From the IMG/VR virus record IMGVR_UViG_3300048592_000656: a DNA stretch of 46,127 nt. One strand, given 5' to 3'. The notes beneath the pieces are model-generated. The model saw only the letters and a program-made list of their open reading frames with translations. It ran no database searches and was not told the origin of the DNA. Shown here in pieces: positions 15,623 through 23,489 of the stretch; position 1 is the first letter of the stretch; every line of letters starts with the position of its first letter. The position numbers and the translations under genes are program-made. Source of the stretch: a virus.

Positions 15623-16074
15623 TTGGTCTTTCTCCTGAGTTTTACTAGTGCTCGAGTCACGCTGAATCGACTTAGTCCTACCTCTTCAGCAATGACTTTG
15701 TGAGTTGCTCGTCGGTTGGGATTTAATTCCAACCACACTCGAACCTTACCCTCTGCCGTTCTATGAGAAAGGCATCGGAGGGCCATGACTATGACGTGGC
15801 GTTGTTCCTGTGGCAGCGATTGAGCCATTCTTGTGGCCCTATCTGCTAGGTTACGACTCCATTGATCCGTTTCGGGTTCTGGGGCCTGAGCCAATTCTTC
15901 GGGTAAGATAGGGACTATGTTTCTGGGTCCCATCTTGCCTCGACCTAACTCTTTCCTGAGTTTGTCGATTGCAAGCCACTTCTTTTTCCTAGGGGGCCTA
16001 CCTTCTCTTGCAGCCTCGAGCTTTTCTAGTTCGAAGTCTTGATCGAGGTCTTCATCTACTCCAGAGGGGCACAC
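15619..16074 (-). CDS. DNA-binding protein with a sigma-70 region-4 / LuxR-like C-terminal HTH
   Basis: LPQEQRHVIVMAL...NRRATHKVIAEEVGLSRFSVTRALVKLRRK. Acidic N-terminus. Confidence 0.5.
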   Translation of the reverse strand: MCPSGVDEDLDQDFELEKLEAAREGRPPRKKKWLAIDKLRKELGRGKMGPRNIVPILPEELAQAPEPETDQWSRNLADRATRMAQSLPQEQRHVIVMALRCLSHRTAEGKVRVWLELNPNRRATHKVIAEEVGLSRFSVTRALVKLRRKTK

Positions 16075-16298
16075 AGTCTATTGATCTCCGCGCAGATCTG
16101 TGAACGATCTTCGAACGGCCATCCGTAGTATGTCTCGAAGCCCCATGCACCGTCGGGACAACCGTCTTCATCGTAGACTGCATGCATCGGAGGACAGCTG
16201 GGAGTAGCTAGCTGGTGGCATTCACTAGTGGAAAGGAGCACGGAACCAACGATACCCCAGAACGCGATTCTTCGGGAAAGGTGCCACAGTGATTGCAT
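16056..16298 (-). CDS. Small Cys-rich membrane/secreted protein embedded in the 3' end of the endolysin gene (possible spanin-like)
   Basis: Internal Met of track ORF 16056..16346: MQSLWHLSRRIAFWGIVGSVLLSTSEC..., a hydrophobic N-terminus then 6 Cys. Overlaps the endolysin out of frame by 74 nt. No canonical lipobox. Confidence 0.3.
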   Translation of the reverse strand: MQSLWHLSRRIAFWGIVGSVLLSTSECHQLATPSCPPMHAVYDEDGCPDGAWGFETYYGWPFEDRSQICAEINRLCAPLE

Positions 16299-16698
16299 TG
16301 GATTGATTTGCTCCGAGTACGAGGTTGTTTTCTCCGAACTGACCAACCCAGATACCTACGTGTCCTTCCCAGCTTGTCTTCGACCCGCGCCACATCACCA
16401 CTACGCACCCGGGCTTGGGTGTTTGGATCGCTTCGCCGACCGTGAGTAACGAACGCGCGAGAGGTTTCCCAGTCGCATTCGGCACCCTGGACGTCACGAG
16501 TGCCCATCTAATCGCTGCAGCGCACCAGTTGGTTTCATCTCCGTTGGGCGGCGTGAAACCAGGGCACCCTACTCGGAAATATTCCAGGATGCGGGTATTT
16601 TCACCCGGATCGGGCCACTCTTTGATTCCAGTGATGAATTCCTGGAAGATGAGCTCGGCCCAAGGGGCGTGTGTGAAGACGGGTATGGCGGCACTCAT
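16225..16698 (-). CDS. Endolysin, CHAP / NlpC-P60-like peptidoglycan hydrolase (TIGR02594-like)
   Basis: ATGA overlap with the upstream gene (cat at 16696-16698). TNWCAAAIRWAL (catalytic Cys context), PGCVVVMWRG...WEGHVGIWVG (His). Confidence 0.75.
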   Translation of the reverse strand: MSAAIPVFTHAPWAELIFQEFITGIKEWPDPGENTRILEYFRVGCPGFTPPNGDETNWCAAAIRWALVTSRVPNATGKPLARSLLTVGEAIQTPKPGCVVVMWRGSKTSWEGHVGIWVGQFGENNLVLGANQSNAITVAPFPKNRVLGYRWFRAPFH

Positions 16699-17621
16699 GT
16701 CATGGTCCTTACTTGCATCTCGCCGATCAAAAGTCCGGCGACCTCGGGGTATTTCTCTGTCCACAGCCAGCGGCGGCCCTGATTGGCATAAGCCTCGTTG
16801 AGAAGAATCTCGATACCCGCCATTCGCATCCGTTTGGTCAGGACCATGAAACGATCCAGAAACTCACCAGGCTTATAGTGAGCATACGTCAGCATCGTTC
16901 CACCAGGATTGTGGGGCCGACTCTGCCAGGTCGACTCGCCGTTCTGGTACTCGAGCTGGTGAACGGAATCGGGCAACACTATCTGTGAAGGCGTATTCTC
17001 GTTCAGGCCAGATTTGAAGCCGTGCCAGAAAGTCCAACAGCCAGTAGCCTTTGCCATCTCGAGGGACTTCTCGATCAGCCAATCGAACCAACGGTCTTGT
17101 CGAACGTCCATTGCATAGCAATAGATGTTCAACGTCTTGTTGGTCGCGTTGACTTGGACGTAGGGTACCGGAACCTGGCCTCGCTTCGCCAGGGCCGTCT
17201 CGAGCTGCCCCTGCAGGGAAGCGATGCCCGAGTCATATCCCCACTTCCATCCATTGTTTTCCCAGTTGCGACGAGTTCGGTCCCAGGCTTTTTCGGACAT
17301 CCCCAAGCCCCAGCTCGGGTCGAAGCCGATGAGATCGCCCATGTAAGGATAATGGACGATGACGTCGGCTCGAATCCCACCGATGAGCCATTGGACTGGC
17401 TTCACGCCTTCTTTGGCTTGGAGTCGATTGTTGATCGCCACGATCATTTGACCACGGACGATTTCATCCCAGATGAAACGAGACCAGCGATCGGGCTTGT
17501 GACCCACTGCAGGATTGGCGGAGTGAACGAACATTCCACAGCGAGCAATCTGCTCCATGCTTTTGCCGCGGATCTCTTCGTCTCGGACTTTGACCATGTC
17601 GACGTAGTTGGGTTCAATCAT
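16695..17621 (-). CDS. Hypothetical protein (308 aa) between the holin candidate and the endolysin
   Basis: ATG 17621 (MIEPNYVDM) with a GAGGAAG SD; the track ORF extends to 17702. Trp/Tyr-rich, with no motif I can name. A role in cell-envelope hydrolysis is conceivable from context only. Confidence 0.6.
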   Translation of the reverse strand: MIEPNYVDMVKVRDEEIRGKSMEQIARCGMFVHSANPAVGHKPDRWSRFIWDEIVRGQMIVAINNRLQAKEGVKPVQWLIGGIRADVIVHYPYMGDLIGFDPSWGLGMSEKAWDRTRRNWENNGWKWGYDSGIASLQGQLETALAKRGQVPVPYVQVNATNKTLNIYCYAMDVRQDRWFDWLIEKSLEMAKATGCWTFWHGFKSGLNENTPSQIVLPDSVHQLEYQNGESTWQSRPHNPGGTMLTYAHYKPGEFLDRFMVLTKRMRMAGIEILLNEAYANQGRRWLWTEKYPEVAGLLIGEMQVRTMT

Positions 17622-17907
17622 CTTCTTCTTCTTCCTCTTTGTCTTCTTTGGAAAGGCGTTCGAGATAATAACAGGGACAATCCTCACTTTCACAAGAGCC
17701 ATCCTTGTGAAGGTTTAGATATAGTCCCTGTGCCAGGATGCGGTGATTGTTTTCGGCTTTCCGCAGGCGCTTCGAGATTGGACGGAGTTCCGTCTGGATC
17801 AGGTGCCTCACCTGCTTCTTGAGATAAGCGCCTACGCCCACAGCAGCACTGAACGCGACGCCTATTGTCTCAATCGCCGTCTTCAAGAACTCTTGGTTGA
17901 TCTCCAT
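17614..17907 (-). CDS. Holin candidate (97 aa, one TM, charged C-terminus)
   Basis: TAIETIGVAFSAAVGVGAYL hydrophobic segment, a basic region, then the acidic tail KEDKEEEEEDD. Sits at the head of the lysis cassette. Confidence 0.45.
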   Translation of the reverse strand: MEINQEFLKTAIETIGVAFSAAVGVGAYLKKQVRHLIQTELRPISKRLRKAENNHRILAQGLYLNLHKDGSCESEDCPCYYLERLSKEDKEEEEEDD

Positions 17908-20435
17908 TATTCGCTGTTATCCAAGCGGCTCGTGCAACCGGTATCCCAACCCGGACCGCTTTCGTTGAAGTCCACAAGACCATCAGAATCGTTGTCTACC
18001 ATGTCGTAACACTGAGGTTCGGGCTCTACCGGGATGGTAGAGAAAGTGAGTTGCATTTCAGCGGTATTGCCACAGCTATTGGTGATGTTTCCACAGGTGC
18101 TGCTGGGGCAATCGCCATCGACTTCGCAATCCCAGTTGGCTCGAGTTCCGCCGTTGCATCGTTTCAGCTGCTGGAATTGAAATCGGATTCGCTCACCAGC
18201 CTTGATGAGACCGTTGTTGATGACGTTGTATGTCTCTCCCTGTTGATCTGTGGAAATTGATCGAAGGGAGCTGGCGGCTTCACCGTAGTGAATCTCATTC
18301 CAGCCTCCATGGCTACGGCAATTTCCCGCGCCAGAGCCCGAGCAGCAAGCATGGGGAGTGTTGTCTGCCGTGCACGTGCTATTCATCATCCCGTAGTTTG
18401 AAAAGGTCGTGGACCCCACATCTACGGATTCCTGAAGTGCGATCATGCATGAAGAGCTTGCAACTGAATCTTCGGTCAGCTTGATCATCGAATCAGTGAG
18501 GAAAACATCCTCCTTGAAGTCGATGTATGCCGTAGCATCACAAGTCCCGATGGTGGGTGTAGCCGACAGCGGATTCAGGATGCACTTTCCAGATGCAGAT
18601 GTTCCATCCGGAACTCGGATGGTGTAGTACTTCTTCTGAGGATGATCGAAGAAGATCTGCTGAGTATCGTCGAACTTGGTAGGGGGTGCGGAAAACCACG
18701 GACCCTTTCCCATTCGACGAGATGCCGCCAGGTTGACGATACAACGTGGAGATGGAGTGAATGTCATGTTTAGACACCCGAAGATTCCACCATTATCACC
18801 GTTGTATGTATTCCAGAAAGTGCCATTTGCAATGATCCTGTGGGGGTAATTGGCATTGATGTTAATGCCAGTGAACCTTACAGGCATGTTGAGTGATTGA
18901 GAACCTACTACGTCTGCGCCGTCGAAAGTGATGACCGTTCCCTTTGCTCCCGAGCTGGTTGCAAAGTTTAGCGTCGGCTTGGTCGTGGCAGAAGAACTGA
19001 GTCTACCTCGAAGAGTGACTCTTTGTGCATCTTGAGATTCTACGGCCCCCAGCGGGCCACCTTCGATTCGGCTCCCATCCAGAATCTCATAGCTTCCATC
19101 GAAAGTGATGGCATTGGTATCACCGTAGATGTTGGCATTTGACGCACTACCAAAGTAGAGAGTAGCGGGAGTAAGGTCACGACCAAACCCCAAGCCACCA
19201 ACATTCGACGTTCCAGCGATGCTGATGCCGTTTCCTTGGAAAAATGCAGCGGCGAAGGAGGGCTGCACTTCTCTGGTGAAACCCGGCTGGATGTAGGCAT
19301 CCATGTTCACTTTGAGATTGATTCCTACGAAAGTAGGATAGAAGGCGGTGGTGGTACTGATACCGTCGGTAAGTGTCTTGAACTTCCATCCAATTTCTCC
19401 GCTGCAGCCGTCACAGAAGATCGGCATTACCCGATTCCACGGGTATGCGGTAAGGATGGAGTGATGGACGTCGTCTGCCCAGATCCACGGCCAATCGACA
19501 TTCACGTACCCAGCTTCATCATTCCAGAGGTCACCGATCCAAATCATCGCATCCGGGCCACTGGCATTGGGTTCCCACGGGTACGGATCATTGACTCCGT
19601 CTGCGGTGCCCTTGATTCTGACGGTATCCCAGGGACCAACGCCATGGATCACGGGCATCAGATTTTGATTGGCAGCGTCGCAGGACGGTTCATTCGACCC
19701 CGTGGTGGAACCCGTACTGAGGCAGATTCGGACTCGTTGTCGACAGTCATACTCGCCGATGGGAGGAGCGGCCAAGTAAATGTCTTGGTAATCTCCCCAG
19801 TCGGGTCGACCCGGATCGATGAGGTAATTGACTCCGATCTGGAGATCGTCACAAATGTCGCCGTCAGCATCCGAATCTCTGATGGCTCGACAGGTGGTCG
19901 TGTTGTCTCCACAGGGAAGTGAAGAGGCGTCGATCAGGGGGTTGCCCGAAATGCCGTTGGCATTTGTGATCGCCAGACCACCTGCCACAGAGAGGGTTCG
20001 GGCGGTGTAGTTGTTCTTCGAGGTTCGTACCAGGAAGCCACCGGCTGCTGCCGGATCAGTGAGGCTTTTGATTGCTTCTGCGGGCAGCGAAGATGTGACC
20101 GTCTTGGACCCTGCAGGGAAGTTCACCAATGCATTTGCATTGGTGGAGTACAGAACCACATCACGCTGGATTCGATTCGGACCAGTCAGGAAGGTACCTT
20201 CACCTACCTCGATGTCCGTGTTGTTGTAGATCGTGTAGAAGACTTTGTCATTGTTCGCGATCTGCGAACCGAAAGACAAATATCCCGATGCAGCACCATC
20301 GAGAGTGATTGTACCCGTTCCGGTGGAATTGGTACTCTCTCGGACCGCGTTCGGAAGATCGAATGCTGCTTGAGCGGGGACTGTCCCCACAACTAGCGCG
20401 AGAGCGATGACCAGAAGTCGAATCAGCCGAGACAT
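17907..20435 (-). CDS. Tail fibre / receptor-binding protein (842 aa) with a signal-peptide-like N-terminus and a Cys-rich C-terminal region
   Basis: Last and largest tail-module gene, with a TAATG overlap upstream. MSRLIRLLVIALALVVGTVPAQA-AF. Gly/Thr/Asn-rich beta-type sequence. C-terminus has many Cys and CYDMVDNDSDGLVDFNE. Confidence 0.6.
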   Translation of the reverse strand: MSRLIRLLVIALALVVGTVPAQAAFDLPNAVRESTNSTGTGTITLDGAASGYLSFGSQIANNDKVFYTIYNNTDIEVGEGTFLTGPNRIQRDVVLYSTNANALVNFPAGSKTVTSSLPAEAIKSLTDPAAAGGFLVRTSKNNYTARTLSVAGGLAITNANGISGNPLIDASSLPCGDNTTTCRAIRDSDADGDICDDLQIGVNYLIDPGRPDWGDYQDIYLAAPPIGEYDCRQRVRICLSTGSTTGSNEPSCDAANQNLMPVIHGVGPWDTVRIKGTADGVNDPYPWEPNASGPDAMIWIGDLWNDEAGYVNVDWPWIWADDVHHSILTAYPWNRVMPIFCDGCSGEIGWKFKTLTDGISTTTAFYPTFVGINLKVNMDAYIQPGFTREVQPSFAAAFFQGNGISIAGTSNVGGLGFGRDLTPATLYFGSASNANIYGDTNAITFDGSYEILDGSRIEGGPLGAVESQDAQRVTLRGRLSSSATTKPTLNFATSSGAKGTVITFDGADVVGSQSLNMPVRFTGININANYPHRIIANGTFWNTYNGDNGGIFGCLNMTFTPSPRCIVNLAASRRMGKGPWFSAPPTKFDDTQQIFFDHPQKKYYTIRVPDGTSASGKCILNPLSATPTIGTCDATAYIDFKEDVFLTDSMIKLTEDSVASSSCMIALQESVDVGSTTFSNYGMMNSTCTADNTPHACCSGSGAGNCRSHGGWNEIHYGEAASSLRSISTDQQGETYNVINNGLIKAGERIRFQFQQLKRCNGGTRANWDCEVDGDCPSSTCGNITNSCGNTAEMQLTFSTIPVEPEPQCYDMVDNDSDGLVDFNESGPGWDTGCTSRLDNSE

Positions 20436-21862
20436 TAAACCAGGCCCTCCACTTCGAATCCTGCTTCGAACAGGCTGAAGTTTTGATGAACATTCTGTGA
20501 TACGGACGCCATTAGTCCGTAATACATCCTTTGGATGCGAAAGCCGTCGTCATCTGGGTCTAGGATTACCAGAACTTCTCTGGACCCTCCCACCCTACGT
20601 TGCATTTCCATGACATTGGCTCTGAGCTCACGCTCATTCGTGAATTGGATCGCGTACTTGGCAAACGGCACATTGGCTCCACGACGAATGGATACCGAAC
20701 CACTAGGTGCTCGGAATACGTCGCTTTGGTCTCTGTGGCCATATGCCGCGTTGTACTTGTAGTTGCGACTGGGCTGATAAGCCTTCGAGATGACTACGCG
20801 ACCAAGCTCGACATTGGACTTGCCAGGGTCACGGAAATCCAACCGAACGTACCTTTGACCATTGATGTCTGCGACGTTCGGGAAATAGTACATGCCATGG
20901 ACTCGGTCATAATTGTCAAGGCCTGCAGAAGCCCAGACAGGCATCCCGTAAGTCCAATGATATGTTCCAGAGAGAGCCATCGGTCGAGGATCACTACCCG
21001 CGCCAACCTCGGCGGACGCTGCCACAGAAGATCCAGTGTCTTCTGCCATCGGCCAGTAGGACACGAGGTTGGGGTAAGTCCAGGGGTATTGGAGGGGTTG
21101 CGAAGCGATCTCAGCAATCTGCGTAGCATTCTTCGCATAGTCCCAGAGACTTACCTGCTGAACCATGAAGTCAGCTCCAGCCGTAGAGCTACCAAAGACT
21201 AGATCATACCCACTGTCTTGTGCCACGTTATCCGTGTGGGTATTGACTGCCATCAGTTTCGTATTCCAAAAGAGCTGCAATTGACGGGTAACCGAATCAT
21301 ACGAGACTGCACAGTGATGCCAGACTCCGGGAATGATCTCGATGGGAAGTTCAGCGTAGGGGTGACTGGGAACTCCCCACCGAAGCTTGGGACCACCAGT
21401 GACATTGATGATATTCAGATTCATGGAGTATGGTGCAGTCCCAGTTTTGCTCATGATCAAGCCATCGCGAGTACTTCGAAGAAGGATTCGGAATGCGACG
21501 GTAAAGCTTTGGAAGCTATAGCCGTTGTAATTGGTCCGCATTAGCCCATTATCCAAAGAAATAGCTCGGCCCCAAGTGCTTTCGGAGTCGTGGGCATTGC
21601 TCGCAAAGGTGGGGTCAGCTCCAATGCGAGCTCTCCAGGTTGCGTACTTTGAGCACCTGGAGAATAGTGGGGAAATGAGATTGAGTTGTCGACTGATACC
21701 AGCGTCGAATGTGATGTAGGGGTTTGGATTGCTACCCGAACTCCACAAAAGAGTCGGATCAGTCTTAGTCAAGTTGCTCAGGGGCGTACCAACGGGATTG
21801 TCTGATCCGCCGATTGTAGCCGTATCCCAATCGAACGGAGAAGCCATCAATAGTCGACCCAT
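20435..21862 (-). CDS. Tail tip/baseplate protein with a LamG/concanavalin-like segment (475 aa)
   Basis: Position in the tail module. FTVAFRILLRSTRDGLIMSK...WHHCAVSYD...LQLFWN resembles a LamG jelly-roll. Confidence 0.5.
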   Translation of the reverse strand: MGRLLMASPFDWDTATIGGSDNPVGTPLSNLTKTDPTLLWSSGSNPNPYITFDAGISRQLNLISPLFSRCSKYATWRARIGADPTFASNAHDSESTWGRAISLDNGLMRTNYNGYSFQSFTVAFRILLRSTRDGLIMSKTGTAPYSMNLNIINVTGGPKLRWGVPSHPYAELPIEIIPGVWHHCAVSYDSVTRQLQLFWNTKLMAVNTHTDNVAQDSGYDLVFGSSTAGADFMVQQVSLWDYAKNATQIAEIASQPLQYPWTYPNLVSYWPMAEDTGSSVAASAEVGAGSDPRPMALSGTYHWTYGMPVWASAGLDNYDRVHGMYYFPNVADINGQRYVRLDFRDPGKSNVELGRVVISKAYQPSRNYKYNAAYGHRDQSDVFRAPSGSVSIRRGANVPFAKYAIQFTNERELRANVMEMQRRVGGSREVLVILDPDDDGFRIQRMYYGLMASVSQNVHQNFSLFEAGFEVEGLV

Positions 21863-21863
21863 G

Positions 21864-23489
21864 TTATCCCCAGATTAGAAGGGTTGTATTTCCGCTGGCG
21901 ACGTTTTCATCCACGCCAACGACGATGAAATCCCTCGTAGAAACATTCCAACGAGGCCAATTGATGTTGATCGTGATACCGGGGACCACGATCCACGAGT
22001 TGTTTTTGACCGTAACCTTGTAGAAATGTCTCAATTCATCAAGAAGAGCCATCCTACTAGTAGCTTCGTCTTGGGCATCTGCTGATTCAGTCAGAAGGCT
22101 AAACATCTCGTACAAGGTTGCCTTCAAATGCGCAGTACGGATGGAAGCATTCTCTTGTTCTACTTTTTGATACTCTTTGGATACCGCATCTCGATGCGGG
22201 GGAATTACTCCATCTGCCAAACCATCACGATCTTGAACCATCCAAGCTCGGTTGTAGTTCAAGACCAACTTCCAGATGGGATAATGAGTATCTTCCCTTT
22301 GAATCGCGAGGACATCGCCTTCGTGCACAGTCAGTGCAGGAGTGGCGAACTCGAACCTTGCCACAGAGATGATGCCTTCGCGGTCCACCCTCCAGTAGCC
22401 GAAGACTGAGTGTACGACCTGATCGATGAGATCGCGGTATGTGACTGTGTTGGTGGAAGTGTAGAAACCAATCACATACGGGAAATTGGTATCGAGGGTG
22501 TCAGCAGAGACAGTGTCAATGAGTGCGCTACTGATACCCGCTCGAGTCAAGAGGCGGACAAATAGCTCGCCAGCGAGTTGACTATATCCGCCATCATTGC
22601 TACCCTTGACGTCGCCAGTCACTGCGCCAATGGGAGGAGCGCCTAGACGAACGATCCCTCGAGCGAGATCGGTGATGTATTGCCCTCCAACAGGAGTCCA
22701 ATCGAAGACGTCGGCGATGGCCAAATCCGTGATGTCGTTGGCTCCGGAATTGGCTTTGACAAGTTCGTTACCCTTGTCGTAGATTGCATCTACCGCTTCT
22801 GCTGGTCCATCGTTGAACTGATAGACGTCGAACCCATCGTTGATGAGAACGAGTTCGACGTTCCTGGCTGCGCCCCAGGTCAGGGGTTTTAGGGTACCCG
22901 TTAGTTGGGGGTTCGCGTCGTAACTCTCACCGACACCATCCCCAGCGTATGTGTTCTCCTGAATGGGAACGGCCAGTCGATCCAGTTGGTCCTCGACTTC
23001 GAACTCAATGAACTGTTCGTTCCAATTCACGTCTTTCACGAATCCAGTGTAGACTCGTTGGAATTGCTCGAACTCGTAGTGAGGTTCCCCGATGTAGATG
23101 TTGATGGCACGACCATCCCAATAGTAGTCCGTGAGATTGTCGTGTTCTCCGTCACCCCATCCCAACGTGATTGTACCCAGAGAACTAGCTTCGGTCTGTT
23201 CTGTGGGCAGGTTTCGCTGGAAAAGTCGATACTTCACAGACAGGGTATTGACGAGCTTGGCAGGGAACAGGAATCCCGAGAAAATGCATTTCCGATTCTG
23301 TTGAGCAGGGTCTGAGAAACCTACTCGGATGATTGCCTCTTCTACAGGGTCCCAGGGAAAGGCTTCTACGAGGTATACGATATCTCTGTTGAGAAGTGTT
23401 GAAGGGTCGAACGGGGCACTTTCTGCCCCAGCCTCTCCACCACCTACGCCAAAAGGCGGGATACCAAACGGGTCAATTCCGATTGTCAT
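21864..23489 (-). CDS. Tail tip protein (distal tail/hub candidate, 541 aa)
   Basis: Immediately downstream of the tape measure with a 4-nt overlap. No motif recognised. N-terminal PFGIPPFG. Confidence 0.55.
   Translation of the reverse strand: MTIGIDPFGIPPFGVGGGEAGAESAPFDPSTLLNRDIVYLVEAFPWDPVEEAIIRVGFSDPAQQNRKCIFSGFLFPAKLVNTLSVKYRLFQRNLPTEQTEASSLGTITLGWGDGEHDNLTDYYWDGRAINIYIGEPHYEFEQFQRVYTGFVKDVNWNEQFIEFEVEDQLDRLAVPIQENTYAGDGVGESYDANPQLTGTLKPLTWGAARNVELVLINDGFDVYQFNDGPAEAVDAIYDKGNELVKANSGANDITDLAIADVFDWTPVGGQYITDLARGIVRLGAPPIGAVTGDVKGSNDGGYSQLAGELFVRLLTRAGISSALIDTVSADTLDTNFPYVIGFYTSTNTVTYRDLIDQVVHSVFGYWRVDREGIISVARFEFATPALTVHEGDVLAIQREDTHYPIWKLVLNYNRAWMVQDRDGLADGVIPPHRDAVSKEYQKVEQENASIRTAHLKATLYEMFSLLTESADAQDEATSRMALLDELRHFYKVTVKNNSWIVVPGITININWPRWNVSTRDFIVVGVDENVASGNTTLLIWG

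Noticed and set aside
16713-17822. Plus-strand ORFs 16713..16988 and 17022..17822 (266 aa), opposite the 308-aa lysis-cassette gene.
   Set aside because: They are antisense to a gene with translational coupling on both sides. Their products are low complexity and lack an SD, and no other + strand gene exists in the 15.3-38.8 kb late region.
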